Below, in pieces: positions 13,096 to 28,526 of a stretch of 60,265 nt of DNA (positions are counted from its first letter, which is position 1; each line of letters starts with the position of its first letter). The stretch lies in NCBI RefSeq assembly GCF_006345805.1, contig NW_021832542.1:1-60265 (forward strand), written 5' to 3'. A model generated the notes under the pieces. That model searched no databases and had not been told where the DNA came from. It was given only the letters and a program-made list of their open reading frames with translations. Both the position numbers and the translations under genes were made by a program. This DNA comes from Octopus sinensis. Taxonomy: Eukaryota.

Positions 13096-13512
13096 TACTC
13101 TCTTTTTACTCTTTTACTTGTTTCAGTCATTTGACTGCGGCCATCCTGGAGCACCGCCTTTAGTCGAGCAAATCGACCCCGGGACTTATTCTTTGTAAGC
13201 CCAGTACTTATTCTATCGGTCTCTTTTGCCGAACCGCTAAGTGACGGGGACGTAAACACATCAGCATCGGTTGTCAAGCAATGCTAGGGGGACAAACACA
13301 GACACACAAACACACACACATATATATATATATATATACACATATATACGACAGGCGTCTTTCAGTTTCCGTCTACCAAATCCACTCACAAGGCACTGGT
13401 CGGCCCGGGGCTATAGCAGAAGACACTTGCCCAAGATGCCACGCAGTGGGACTGAACCCGGAACCATGTGGTTGGTTAGCAAGCTACTTACCACACAGCC
13501 ACTCCTGCGCCT
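13096..13512 (-). mobile_element. Full-length tRNA-derived SINE with an internal (TA/TG)n tract (family A); other copies at 23745-24140, 14779-15465, 56550-56910 (all -) and partial copies at 4583-4790, 44420-44618 (+)
   Basis: tRNA-like head GGCGCAGGAGTGGCTGTGTGGT...GGTTCAGTCCC, a TTGGGCAAGT body motif and a (GTAAAAGA)n-like tail. Multiple copies align by eye. Confidence 0.85.
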
Positions 13513-13713
13513 ATAAACATAAAGCTGAAGATTAGTGAAAAAGAGAACACCTATGCTGAACTATTGAGAAATCTGCAATTACTCTATCAAGATTACAAGT
13601 TCAGGTTTATACCTGTAATTATTAGAGGCCCTGGGATATGTAACACCCTGCATAAATACCAATGATGGTGTGTGCGAGTGACGAAACCACTTTGAGCATG
13701 ATCCTGTAAATTG

Positions 13714-13753
<40 letters not shown>

Positions 13754-14014
13754 ACTTTGCTCTCATGTGTTTATTTCCTCCCTGCCTGAGGTTACCGTGA
13801 TCTTTTCCGTAGGCTTTTCTTTCCACGGATAAACCTTGCTTTTTACACTTTTAAAACTTTCCTGTGATACACGTTGCCTTTTGATCGCATTTTTTTTCAC
13901 GATCCCTTTTGATCGGAATTTTATTTTTCTCCTTTTTTTTCTGTTTTCGAAAAGAAAAGCTCTACATTGTATTTTGTACCCTCTGTATTCGGCCCTCTTT
14001 GGCTAATAAAGAAA

Positions 14015-14163
<149 letters not shown>

Positions 14164-14178
14164 ATATCTATCTATCTA

Positions 14179-14224
<46 letters not shown>

Positions 14225-15022
14225 GTCTATTTACATGTATGTGGATTGTATGTTTGTAGACAACTCATTGGCGATGTATGGAATATCAAAAGCAGAATTC
14301 ATTGCTTCGCAGAACGCACTTTTAACCTATGAACTCCTGGTCATTGGGGGCAACAGCTCACACCGTACTCACTTACCTGAACGAGAAACAAAGCAGGTAT
14401 GAAATGTATTATTTCTCATATCGTCTCTTCTGGATTGCGTTACTTTTATTACATCATCCATCATATCTTTTTTACTTAATATCGATATATTCATTATCGA
14501 TATATTTATGTCCATGCATTGGACGGTGACGAATGTACAAAATATAGTAACTAGACAATACATACTGTAGCACTAAGACGTTAATTTACTTAGTGAAAGG
14601 CGACATTTCCTTATTCCGATAATCCGAGAGTCACACTTCATAAAACACACGAATAGATCTATTCTTTGCAAAATTATTCTGGATGTCTTTTCGTTTACCA
14701 TTTTATAGATCAGTCACAATCAAGTCAGCTTTACAATTCCTTCTCTATCGCAGCAGCATGGCGTACATACTTGTTCTAACTCTTTTACTCTTTTACTTGT
14801 TTCAGTCATTTGACTGTGGCCATGCAGGAGCACCGCCTTTAGTCGAGCAAATCGACCCCAGGACTTAATCTTTGTAAGTCTAGTACTTATTCTATAGGTC
14901 TCTTTTGCCGAATCGCTAAGTTACAGTGACGCAAACACACCAGCATCGGTTGTCAAGCGTGTTGGGAGGGGGGACAGACACAGACACAGACACTGACACA
15001 CAAACGTACACACACACACATA

Positions 15023-15071
<49 letters not shown>

Positions 15072-16019
15072 CACTTGATCACGTGACCGACCAGACCATC
15101 AGATGTTGCTACACATCGCTGGTCACAATGCGCTTCGCCTTGTTTTAGCCTTCGAATGACGCCACCCCGCTGGCTATGCGAGCAGGCCATATATATATAT
15201 ATGCGGTGCCCCAGCATGGCCACAGCTCATAAGCTGAAACTGGAAAAATCAAAAAAAAAAAATCAATATATATATATATGTATATACTTATACATATATA
15301 CGACAGGCTTCTTTCACTTTCCGTCTACCAAATCCACTCACACGGCTTTGGTCGGCCCGAGCTATAGTAGAAGACACTTGCACAGGGTGCCACGCAGTGG
15401 GACTGAACCCGGAACCAAGTGGTTGGTAAGCAAGCTACTTACCACACAGCCAATCTTGTGCCTATATATTCTTTTCTTCTTTTAGCTGTTCGCACCCATG
15501 CTGGAGTACACGCACACACATACACACACACACACGCACACACACATATATATATATATATAGAGAGAGAGAGACAAAGAGAGAGAGAAAGAGAGAGAGG
15601 TAGAGAGATTGGAAGAGAGGAGACAAAGAGCGGTGAGAGAGATATTTGAGTCAGGCACTAAGCTGGCCTCTGTCGGTTGCTCGTGAAATTAACGTGCAAG
15701 TGGCTGAGCACTCCACAGACACCCTTAACGTAGTTCTCGGGGTGATTCAGCGTGACACAGAGTATAATAAGGCTGGCCCTTTGAAATACAGGTACTACTC
15801 ATTTTTCCCAGCTGAGTGGACTAAATCAAAATGAAATAAAGTGTCTTGCTCAAGGACACAATGCGCTGCCGGGAATCGAACTCACATCCTTGCAATCGGG
15901 AGCCGAATACCCCAACTACTGAGTTACACACCTTCACTAAGATTCAGGCAGAAACACGTTAATTTAAAAGCAGGTTATTCAGATGTCCGAACAATTGAGA
16001 ATCATGGTCGAACGAAGAC

Positions 16020-16630
16020 CCGCGTCACCACTGCCAACACCTGAACCCCCTCCCCCAACCACTACCACCAGCACAACAACAACAACAATAACAACAACCA
16101 CTGCCGGCTGCACCACTGCAAGCCCCTCTAGCGCCAGCGCTGGTACCACTACCGCCACCGCTGCCAACGTCAGTACCTCCAACATCAATAAGGCCACTGC
16201 CACCGCAACCACCGCTAACGCCACCACTGCTAGCGCCACCACTGCTAGCGCCGCCACCACAAGTTCCACCGCTGCCAGCGCCGTCACCACCAGTTCCACC
16301 GCCGCCAGCGTCGCCACCAGCGCCGCCACCAGCGCCGCCACCAGCGCCGCCACAAACGTCTCTGCAGCCAGCGCCTCCGCAGCCAGCGCCTTCGCCGCCA
16401 GCGCCGCCGCTGCCAGCACCACCGCCGCAAGCACAGCCGTTGCCAGCGCCGCCACTACCATCGCCGCCACCGCCAGCGCAACCACTTCCAACTCCACCAT
16501 CACCAGCGCCGCCACCACTACCACCACCACAACCACCACCGCTAGCGTCACCACTGTCAACACCGCCGCCAGCACCGCTACCACCAGCGCCGCCAACTTA
16601 AGCGCCAGCACCACCACTATCACCACCGTA
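16020..16630. repeat. GC-rich degenerate trinucleotide tract (ACC/GCC/AGC)
   Basis: Strong 3-nt periodicity, giving stop-free Thr/Ala/Ser (+) and Val/Ala (-) frames. Confidence 0.8.
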
Positions 16631-16820
16631 AGCGTAGTGTTTCGGCTTAGTATCAACTCACTCAGCGCTTGCAATATTCTTCTCTGGTTCCAGCGAGACA
16701 TGAGCCAGACTGGAGTACCGTACTATGGACAACATGATGCAATGGCCTCTCGCTTATGAAAATAGATACGTGGTCTGATCAATAGGTATCCGGATAGTTG
16801 CCATAGTGATGAAGCTAAAG

Positions 16821-17600
16821 CACGTAGAGTGAAGCCGCTTGGTACGAATTGACCTTGAACACTGTTGTGCATGCGCACTGACTTTTATCGTTGTAGCTCA
16901 TATCCACTGTTTACAGCAGTGCTTGAAAGGAAGGTGTGTAGCGTGTGATCGTCGCATTAAACATACAGTTGAGTAGAGAATCTGCATCAAACATTATGAA
17001 AGCTTGGTGATACCTGCTGAGAGGCCTTACGCAAAGTTCTCAAAAAGTTTTTATCGTTCTCGACAAAATCAAGGAGATCTTGTGCAACTGAAACCCGAGT
17101 ATTCTATTTGGTCAGTTGAAAGCAGTTTTGGCACAAAAGGGGCTGACACCCATCTCATACCCAAATCTTCAGTGATAATGAACTGAACTGAATCGTAACT
17201 AATCTGCACATCAACTGATAACTCACGGATGGTAATTCGACGATTTCTTCTCACAGCTGTACGCACAACTGCGATGTTTTTCTCAGTTCTGTTGGTTGCA
17301 GGTCTTTCAGAACGTACATCAATATCGACATTTTTCGGCCATCTTGGAAATGTGTAAACCACTCGTACACTTGTGTGTGGTTCATATACTCTTGTCCATA
17401 TACCTTCTGCAACTTTGCCTAGACCTCTTAGCAGATATCGCCATGACTTTCATTTTTATGATCAATGCGATGATCACATGATACAGACCTTCCTTCCAAG
17501 CACTGCTGTAAACAGCGGAAGTAAGCTAGAGCGTTAAAACTTAGTGCGCATGAACCACAGGTTTCAAGGTCAATCTGTGCAAGCGGCTACACCCTTCGTG
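16821..17600 (-). mobile_element. Internally deleted mariner element
   Basis: About 60-bp degenerate TIRs (CACG.AG.GTG.AGCCGCTTG...TTGACCTTGAA). ORF 17069..17362 contains RRITIREL...EDLGMRWVSAPFVPKLL. Confidence 0.85.
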
Positions 17601-17709
17601 CTTTTACTTCGTTACTATGGCAGCAATCCGGATATTTATTGACCAGATCTCGTATAATTCTTGTTCAAATATATCTCGAAGTATTCATATATCAATACCA
17701 TGTACTTAC

Positions 17710-17819
17710 TTATTGTATAATACAATATCTGGCCTCCATAAATCCTTCGATGGAATATGCATCATTTTGACATCGCCATATTCTTCAGGACTCCATTCTA
17801 AACGTGTATCGTACCATTC
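17710..17819 (-). CDS. nAChR alpha subunit, 110-nt exon (EWYDTRLEWSPEEYGDVKMMHIPSKDLWRPDIVLYN-N)
   Basis: Reads ttttctttcag|GAATGG...AATAA|gtaagt and carries the WxPDIVLYN loop A motif. Its terminal AA plus the first T of the next exon makes AAT (Asn). Too short to appear in the ORF track. Confidence 0.97.
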
Positions 17820-18154
17820 CTGAAAGAAAAATGAAGATATTCATTTAATAAATGATTCAAACATTTAATTAAAACACATACTTCAGCTTTTGTGTGACAT
17901 AAATCATTATCTCTAGATTTATAAACGGCAAAATGTCTGTGTATCTGTGTGTCCTTTTTACAAATCCACAGTTTTTCACGTAAAAGGCTCGCATTTTCTA
18001 TGGGCTTTCAAAACTGTCTGAGGGTGGTCATGAAGATGCTTTCATTTCCCCAGTCACCCCAGAAAGCCATTAAAACAATTTCTACCTACATATCTGTCTG
18101 TCTATCTGTATGTATGATGTATGTATGTATGTATTTGCGTGTGTATATGTAAGG

Positions 18155-18187
<33 letters not shown>

Positions 18188-19768
18188 TGTATGTATGTAT
18201 GTATGTATGGATGGATGGATTGACGGACAGATGTTTATGTACGTATGAATATGTTCCTGTGTAGCTTATGTAAATTTGTGCGCGTCAGTACGTATATGTA
18301 TATATGTATATGCACGTACCCCTGCTCTAAAACACTCACAGAATCAGAATTCAATAATATCTGATAGCAAAGACAAATGCATATTTACATATTATATAGC
18401 CACACACACACACGTTCACAGTTTCACACACATACACAAACACACACTGAGAAGCGAGCACATACACGGGAACACACGCATTCGTACACATACACATACA
18501 GACACATCTTTGTGAGTGCAGAAATAGAAGTATATTTAATACACAGACACACACGAACAAAAAACATATTCATAAAGTAGCACATTGAACGACACAATCG
18601 TTCGTCATTTCATATCATAGACAAGACTTATTTTTATGTCAGAAAACAACACATCAAACATTACGTGCTACCTTCGTCTTAGTAACCGGTCGCTTAGGTA
18701 ATATATCAAAAGGAATGTTCAGGCATCAATTTGTTTGCATTGTGCTGCCCTATTTGACCAAACCTTACTGCAAAAAGCAGACATGTTGAAGTCTAGAGTT
18801 GACATACACAAGCATTGCTTATACAAAAACGCCATACTATTATTGTAACAACGTTCTATGAAGCATATGTATAAATGTATAAAAGCTGTTATTCACAGAA
18901 AAAATATTGTTTCACCTTGAGAAAAGCTCTGTTGAAGTGTTAAGTGGATTTTGGCAATCGAGGATCGAATCCATGCTAAGCCTGCATGAAGCCACTACAA
19001 ATACGTTGTGGAATAAAAAAAAAATACCTTCTGTCATGGAAAAAGTGTAACTGTAAAAATGCAAAATTATCGGAGTAACGGGCATTCAAAAAAAATATGT
19101 ATAGAAATGTATGAATGAAGTCTTTAATGTTTAAGATTCAAATTAAGGAAGTGCAATAATAACGTTTAGCAGTTCAAAACCGTGAGTAGGGAAATACAGA
19201 ATAAGGTCGGCTGATCGTGAGAATCAAATATTGATCGCTTCGCTAAAATCTGTATGTGGTATGGAACCCTTGGGTTCTTTAAATAAAATATTAGTAATAT
19301 GTAGTAGATAGAAGGATCCATTGGAAGGGCCCTATTATCAATATTTTAACGATCTACGTATGTCACGAGGTTTCCAGACATGAGTTCTACCCACTTGTCA
19401 AATAAAGTATAAAAGTGATATTGTTTGCAAAAATTAGAAATAGGACACACAAAATGTCGATATTGAAAGTAATTGAACATAAACAATGAAAAGGGTTATT
19501 TCCCTTGAGTGTTTAAAAAAATATTGTACAATACTATGGGTTATTTCCCTTCGGTGCTTAAAAACAGTTAAAATAGTTATATGAGGTAGATATAAAGGTC
19601 CCTCCCAGGGGCCGTATTATCGATTTTTTCAACATTTTAAGTATGTCACGAGGTTTCCAGACATGAGTTCTACTAACGTGTCAAGTTTCATCAAAATCAA
19701 TAAAACGATGTACGAGGAGTTAGCTAACAACGCCACAAACAAACACACACCGATTTTCCACATAAGTA

Positions 19769-19806
<38 letters not shown>

Positions 19807-19817
19807 TATATATATAT

Positions 19818-19866
<49 letters not shown>

Positions 19867-21065
19867 TGTGTGTGTGTGTATGCGGCAGGCACAGGGCTTT
19901 GGTCTTCTAAGTAGAAGACATTTGGCCAAAATGCCACGTAGTGAGGCTGAACCCGGAACCATGTAGGTTGGAACTGCACCCAATTATATAATTATATAGT
20001 ATTTGTGATGTTTGTCTTTCTGTATATATGTGTGTCTGTATGTATACGAAAGATGGACATAGATATGGTTGTTTGCTGAAGAATTTAGATGTGTCATCAT
20101 GATTCGCCAAGTCCGTCCTTAGAGTCTATCCTTTTGAGCAAGCATCTTTTAGTACAATCTCTAATTTTTTTAAAAATGAAAATGATGAAAGCTGAATGGA
20201 AACGATAAAAGAAAACCAACGGAAGAATTGTATTTCAAAAACCAAGCTTTGTCTCACATTATATCACATTCACTCTGCCTATTTAAAATCACATAAAAGC
20301 CACGTTTATTTTCGGAATATTCGGCCACTTAGATTATATTTCAAATGAATAGGTAGTGGAGTTGATTGAAAGACTGGATCAATCCTCGTCGGATTCAATG
20401 AAGCATTAATTTATTATACAATGAAAATCCGTTGCTGTGTAACTGTATCGTATCAAATCTATAGCAATCGGTGTCTTAGCTCTCTCTCTCTCTGCCTATC
20501 TCTATATATATATCTGCCTATCTCTCTCTCTATCTCTGCCTTTTTCTCTCTTTCGCTGCAACAGATAAACCTAATGGAGGTATTTACTTACCTTCTATCA
20601 ATCATAGAAATATGGAACATAATCTCTATACTAATGAGTTATCACAACTGTTATTAAAATCCCATTATCAGATATCGGCTAAAGAGGAAAGCGAATAGTA
20701 TGTGTGTGCGTGTGTATGTATGTGTGTGCGTGTCTGTGCGTGTCTGTGCGTGTGTGTTTGTGAGTGCATGTGTGTGTGTGTGCGTGTATACATAGATATC
20801 ACACACATATATATATTAATATATATATATATATATATGCATATACACAAATCTGCATGTGTATGTATATATATATCCATATATCTATATGTATATATGA
20901 ATATATATATACGTATACATATACATATGCATATACATACATGCATACATATACATATACATATATACCATACATCTATATGTATTTATGCATGTATACA
21001 TATATATATATAATATATATATATACTGTATATATATATATATATATAATATATATATATATATG

Positions 21066-21114
<49 letters not shown>

Positions 21115-21599
21115 TGCATGAGAGCGATAGAGAGACAAATAGAAAGAAACCAAGGAAATGGCACTACTAAGAGAGAGAGAGAGGGGGGAGGAGAGGGGGG
21201 AGGAGAGGGGGAGAGAGTGAAAGGGAGACAATGAGCAAGAGAGAAATAATTGGTATGGTAGGGCTAAAGATTTTCTAAGAATATCTTATTAAATATATAA
21301 TATATCTTCTTAATGTCTTTTCAAACGTTTAACTATGTCTAATATATTGACAGGCGGTATATTCCCAGCTTAAAACTCCATTTAATTCAGAACAGAAACA
21401 TGAAGTATAATTTGCAGATTAATTAATCCAGGTTGGCAAATTTTAGTTATTAATGAATTATGCATATTTTGAAAACATTTAGTTCGATAACGTATTTCTT
21501 ATATCATGTGGTTGAGAAAGAAACTTCTTACCTCACAGCATATACTCTTTTACTATTTTACTGATTTCCACCACAGGTTGGCGCCATGCTAGACCACCG

Positions 21600-22450
21600 C
21601 CTTTCAATTGTGTCTCCAGCCGTTATGTGACTCATCTGGGACTTCAGACAGACATTTGTCTGAGATTGCTTGGCAGGATGTTAAAAAGTTGTGGTCTCCC
21701 TGAAACATAAGCTGTTGCAATTCTGGGTCCTTATCCGAGATGAAGAAAACGGTATCTTTGGTGTTATTCAGTGCCCTCTAGTTCGGTGTTTGGCATAGCT
21801 CTGAATTCTAAAATTGAGAGCTTATCCTTGCAGGGTCTTCCATCACTGTATGCCTTTCTCGCCTTCTCTCCAGATAGTAAAGCTTCAATTCTTGTAGCAA
21901 CTCCCAGTAGCTCATCTGCTTCACCGATTCAATCTTCTTTATGTAGTGACGCTGGATTGCCTCAAGTTCCCCCCAAAATTTGACGCTCTGCGGCGACCAC
22001 TGTCGGGATCGGTAATTCAGAAAACTGAGATCAAAAGTCCTCCATAGTATTAGTAAGGTATCCTTATTTCTGGTTCTGAATGCTTTAAAGCTGCATCCGG
22101 TTACTCACCTACATAGTGTTGCCATCTTGGTAATATGCTCATGGAACGTTGCATCATTACTCATGTGGATTCCCAGATCACGCACCGATTCTAACTCTGG
22201 GATCGCACTGATACTGATCATATGTATTCCGATCGTAGTCTTATCGGTATTGAACTGCATGTTATATTCATCAGCCAATTTGTATATTGCAGGCAGTTCA
22301 GTTATAGTATGTCATCAGGGTCTTTGGCCACTTGAGATAATTTTGTTTTCTCAACGTAACTGGTGAGAATGGTTGACTGTACGAGAGAGGGCATGTCTGA
22401 AAGAGTTATTACAAACAGTAGTGGTCCCAGTACAGTTCCCCGAAGAACTA
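21600..22450 (-). mobile_element. Rearranged CR1/L2-type LINE fragments
   Basis: Contains VLRGTVLGPLLFVITLSDMP...KTKLSQV plus 3' pieces with a PQLFNILP-like motif. Boundaries approximate. Confidence 0.7.
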
Positions 22451-22978
22451 CGCTGCGGATTGATGTCCTCTCAGAGAGAGAGAGCACCGTAAAAAAATCA
22501 TGCAGCCACTCCCTCAATTTTCCATTTATACCTCATACACACGCACGCACAAATATGCACATAATCGTGCACACACACACACACACACAGAAGGGAGGGC
22601 GAATGTATTTATAAAATTGCTTAATACGAGTGGAATGTTCTTTTCAATCGTCTAAGAAATGAAAAGAACATTCTGTTCAAATTAAGCGAATGTATACCTA
22701 CGTTTACCCACGTTTGTATACATACACAAACGCACAGACGCTCACACACATATAAACACATGCTCACACACACAAACACACGCTCACACACACACACACA
22801 CACACACATGTATTCCTGCTATAAGATGCAGGGCCACTCAGAGCTGAGTGCTTGTGTTTTATCTTCTAGCTTTCCTGGTGTCCTGAATGTAATAACTGAA
22901 AAAGTCGAGCAACAAATCGACGGCCCTTTCAGGAAGGATGTCGAATTCTCGATCATTTAAACGCTATGCAAACCGGAT

Positions 22979-23053
<75 letters not shown>

Positions 23054-24542
23054 GACAGGGGTGAAAGAGAGAGAGGCAAAATAATTTAAATATAGACAAC
23101 ACAGAGTAGAGCACTTACCACGCCACTTCAGAAAAATGAGGCCTAATTACTTCAACAATTTCATCTGGATTTGTCGTCATACACATATTATGAATCTGGT
23201 TATTACATAAGTTAGGATCATCTCGAAACAGATGTCGTAAGATAAGTTTAAGGCTTTCTTTATTTTATAATCCGTATGTGTGTCTGTGTATATATATATA
23301 TATATATATGTATATCTATCTATACATATACTTGTGTACAAACATAGCGTACACCCACAGATATACACACGCACACACACACATACTCATATTTATATAA
23401 ATGTGTATATGTGTATGTGTATGTGTGTGCGCATCTGTGTGTGAATCTACTGAACATCTGGATCGATGAAATTCTCACTATGTGTAACAACCTAACGTTC
23501 ATAAATTTCATCGCCTCCACGCCGCCTCATCATCCAGGTGATATGCAGATTCCCGTACAGAATGTTGTTAAATGTTTACGGAATCGTATGATAAGGCAGT
23601 TGAAAAGAATTTATGATAACGGAAATGAAATGTTTCACTCATAAATTTTCGGCTGTCTGTGGCATGTCGGAATGAGGCGACAGACGAGGAATTGAATCAT
23701 TTCCAAATTTAACCTGACTCTTATGCATTAATATATCTTTTAGTTACTCTTTTACTGTTTCAGTCATTTGACTGAGGCCATGCTGGAGCACCGCCTTTTA
23801 TTGAGCAACTCGACCCCGGGACTTATTCTTTTGTAAGCCCAGTACTTATTCTATCGGTCTCCTTTGCCGAACCGCTAAGTAACGGGGACATAAACACACC
23901 AGCATCGGTTGTCAAGCAATGCTAGGGGGACAAACACAGACACACAACACACACACATACATATATATACCATATATACACAGGCTTCTTTCATTTTCCG
24001 TCTACAAATCCCTCACAAGCAAGCATTGGTCGGCCCGAGCTATGCAGAAGACACTTGCCCAAGATGCCACGCAGTGGGACTGAACCCGGAACCATGAGGT
24101 TGGTTAGCAAGCTACTTACCACACAGCCACTCCTGCGCCTAATGATTATTTTTAATTAAATACTCAGGATGCATGTAAATGCTTTTCTTTTTTGTTTCCT
24201 ATTAAAATGATCGCTTATAATATTCGGTGATAGTTTCAGTATATCACGTAATGCTTTCATAGATTTCTCGTTTCTTCGAAAACACGGCGTATCCGCTACT
24301 GTTGCCGACACAAACACACCTTCTCCTACCCTATAATAAATTTAAATTTCTGGCATGAGATATTTCCGTTTGCTTTCGTTGTTCGATATGTGCGTGTGTA
24401 TGTGAGCATGCCTGTACGTTTGTGTGTGTGTTTATCTGAATAAGTATACATGTGTTACTGCGCATATGTGTGTGCGTATTATTGAGCGTCTGTGTTCCGT
24501 TTGGAATTCATTTATTTCCAGTGATTTGACATTTGGGACAGT

Positions 24543-24604
<62 letters not shown>

Positions 24605-24702
24605 GTCTATCTGTCTATCTATCCATCTATCTATCTATATATCTATCTATCTATCTATCTATCTATCTTATCTATCTACTCTATCTATCTATCTATCTAT
24701 CC

Positions 24703-24796
<94 letters not shown>

Positions 24797-25756
24797 TTGT
24801 CTGTCTGTCTGTTTGTCTGTCTGTCCGTCTGTCTATGTGTATATGTCGTTTATACACGCATATACTTATATCTACGTATTATACACACACACACAAACAC
24901 ACACACATACAGATACATTTAAACAAAACGAAATTTAATACCAGGTTTTTTAAAATTTGAAAACGTTAGCATTTTCTTGGTTCTTAGTTATATACACACA
25001 CATACACACACACTCACCCAGACACACTCACACACATACATACACATATATATAATATATTCGAATACATACATGTATATACATATACATACAAAACATA
25101 TATCTTCACGCACAGATATATACGATACATAAGATGTACGTATTCATGCACGCGTTTGTGTGTGGATGATGTGAGTGTATGTGCGTGTGTGTGGATGATG
25201 TGTGTGTGTGTGTGTGTTGTGTGTGAGTGTGTGTGTGTGTGTAAGGAATCGTCATAAATCCTACATTTCCAAATTTTCTAATATAGAATATTAAACATTG
25301 CACAGAGAAATGAATTGTCGCAAGGAAAATCAAGCAGCAAAAACCAAAAGAAACAAGAAAGGAAGAACAAAAGAAAGAAGTAAAGAAAAATAGAAAGACA
25401 AAAAGGGAAAAAAGGGGTAAAAAAAGAAAGGACACACAAACACGAAATCTCATTCAACTTATTGCTTCTGTGATAGGAATTCATAATTTGAAGAATATTC
25501 ACTCTGGATTATTCTGAAGACGAAAATACTTACCAATGTTGGCCATCACAAAGATATCAGTTTTGCTATAAATATTCAACAAAATAATTTTATGTTTTGC
25601 AATGGTGGCTAGACTTAAAAAATCTGAAAATGGTCGCAATTTTGTGATCGGTTGTTTGTTTCCGGGGCTTGCAACAGAATACGCTGAATTGTATACACAA
25701 ATACAAAATACACACAAACACACTTTTATACACCCATATGTTTATAGACATTTGTG

Positions 25757-25803
<47 letters not shown>

Positions 25804-26077
25804 TATATATATATATATATTATATATATTATACTTATATATGCATCCACGAATATATTTATATGCGTATACATAGATTTCCATACATATCTATCTGTAT
25901 ATGTATAAATCTATGTGTGTGTGTATGTATGTATGTATGTATGTATGTATGTATGTATGTATGTATGTATATATGTATATATGTATGTATATATGCATGT
26001 ATGTATGTATGTTTGTTTGTATGTATGTATGTATGTATGTATGTATGTATGTATGTATGTATCTATCTATCTATCTA

Positions 26078-26565
26078 TCAGTCTCGCCTTCGTTCTAGGG
26101 AGAAGACTTCTAATTCTTTCAGTCTTTCCCAGTAGCTGATATGTTGCATTGCGACTATTTTCTTTGTGTAGCTCCACTGGATTGCTTCCAGTTGCGCCGT
26201 TGATTTTATACTGCGTGGTGACCATAGTTGGGGCCAGTAGTTTAAGCGCCTGAGGACATATGTCCGCCAAAGGACCAACATGGTTTCCTGTACTCTTGTT
26301 CTGAAATTTCGGATCCTTCCAGCTAGCCGTCTGCATTTTATTACCAAATTAGTAATATGCACCTGGAAGCATGCATCATTACGCATGTCAATTCCAAATT
26401 CAAGCACTCATTCGGATTTGGGAATTGCAATTCTTCCTGGGCCAGTATACCCTGTCCATAGACCAGGGCTTAGAACTTTCCAGCATTAAACTGCATGTTA
26501 TTGTCCTCAGCCCACCTGTATGTTGTGCTCAACTCCCGTTACAGATGCGCTATATTTCCAGGGTT
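26078..26565 (-). mobile_element. CR1/L2-type LINE C-terminal fragment
   Basis: Contains ...LEAIQWSYTKKI...ISYWERLKELEVFSLERRR and is homologous to the 59.9-60.2 kb region. Confidence 0.85.
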
Positions 26566-26573
26566 ATATTATA

Positions 26574-26969
26574 CTAGCAGTATCACCCGGCGTTCCTCGG
26601 GTTTGTAAGGGAAATAACTATAAAGCATTTTTAGAGAGTTATAGCCAAAAAATAGCAAAAAAATGCATTAAAAATGGGAAAAAAATGATGGTAAATTTTT
26701 TTTAAAATCGTTGACTCATCGTAGACATTTTTAGAGAGTTACTTCCCTTATATAATAGCGAAAAATGCATTAAAATGGAAAAAAACGATGGTAAATTATT
26801 TAAAAAATCGTAGACTCATCGTAGACGCGCGCTAATACCCAGAAGAGCTCGATATGAATCACGACTATAAGATACCCGGTTTTGGTTAAACTGCACCGCA
26901 AAATGTGGGAGTAGTTAGGAATCTAAATCGTAGGAGACAGACACACAACCTTACTTTTATATATAAAGA
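26574..26969 (-). mobile_element. Non-autonomous Helitron-like element
   Basis: Same 3' end as 6004-6387 (CTAG terminus) and an A|TC 5' end. Confidence 0.6.
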
Positions 26970-27221
26970 TATTCCGAGGGCGAATCTGGTTTGCTAGGAC
27001 TGAATTTTGATCTGAAGCATTGTTAAATCCGATTATTATATGTTTGGGAAATGTCGCACAATTTAAGAGTAGCAGAAACACGTAGAGTAGCTGTTTTCGC
27101 CTATTTCATTTTAATTTTCCTGAACATAACTTCCCATCACATCAACCCTGAAACCTAGGTAATCGGAGTGTATGTTGACATGATATAAATTTTCAACATA
27201 AGGCTACTTGTATCTAGGTCA

Positions 27222-27528
27222 CCGTGATCACCGTGACCGACCAGACTATCAGATGTTGTTACACATCGCTGGTCACAATGCGCTTCGCATTGTTTTAGCC
27301 TTCAAATAACGCCACCCCGCTGGCTAATCGAGCAGGCCAACAGAAGAAAGAGTGAGAGAAATTTGTGGCGAAAGAGTACAGCAGGGATCGCCACTACCCC
27401 CTGCCGGAGCCTCGTGGAGCTTTAGGTGTTTTCGCTCAATAAACACACACAACACCCGGTTTGGGAATCGAAACCGCGATCCTACGACCGCGAGTCCGCT
27501 GCCCTAACCTCTAAGCCATTACGCCTCC
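27222..27528 (-). mobile_element. tRNA-derived SINE family D; 3' part also at about 15062-15190
   Basis: Head GGAGGCGTAATGGCTTAG...GGTTTCGATTCCC and a TCACGGTGA-like tail. Confidence 0.75.
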
Positions 27529-28420
27529 AGTATCTTGATACATAACAAAAATTAAAAATTACAAGTTCCATGTAGCAAATCTTACATTTACATTACATGA
27601 AACCTATGGTCACTAGAAATCTCTGTCAACTAATGACAAAATAAACATAAATACATAAATAGCAAGAGTTAAGCAAGAGAAAAATTGTATCGCATATGCG
27701 GTGGCTAACGAGCGCGACATTGTCACTATGGATACGTAAATTAGCAACTTTGCACATTTTGATATGCTCGGTAACTTATTAATCAATTTACAATAAACCA
27801 ATTACCCATTTACATTGTCCAAGATTGAGGCCATAAACGTCTTTGCTTTTCGTGAAATTTTGTGGGAGATTTAAACCTAAAATCTACGGCAATAAACATT
27901 TTCAATTACTAATTAATTAAATATTTGCATATATAGATAGTACATATTTGAACGTACCATTATGTAAATATTTGCATTGCGCTGCTGTTTACAGTATTGA
28001 GCACTCTGTGACAATTCATTTATGCATCAAAAATATACTTTCTTGAGTGTATCAAAAGAATACACAAAGAACACACACACACACAGGTCATGCAAACATG
28101 CACACACACAGACATACACACATACGCACTCGCAGGACGTACACCTAAACAGCGGAGAGACACATTGACACAGATATGCACGGCTTAAATTAATATATAT
28201 ATATATAATATATGTATAAGTGTGTATGAGTGGTGTGTGTATATATAAAACACATAGCTATCAATCAATCAATAAATGGATGTGTATATTTACATATACA
28301 CACACACACAAACATATACATACATACGTGTATATATGCATATATATATACATGTTTATATTAACGTATATATATTATATATATATACATATATATATAT
28401 ACGTAATATATATATATATA

Positions 28421-28526
<106 letters not shown>

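Noticed and set aside
13096-13512. An apparent composite of two different SINEs moving together
   Set aside because: Read on the minus strand it is one SINE: tRNA head, body, internal microsatellite and 3' tail.
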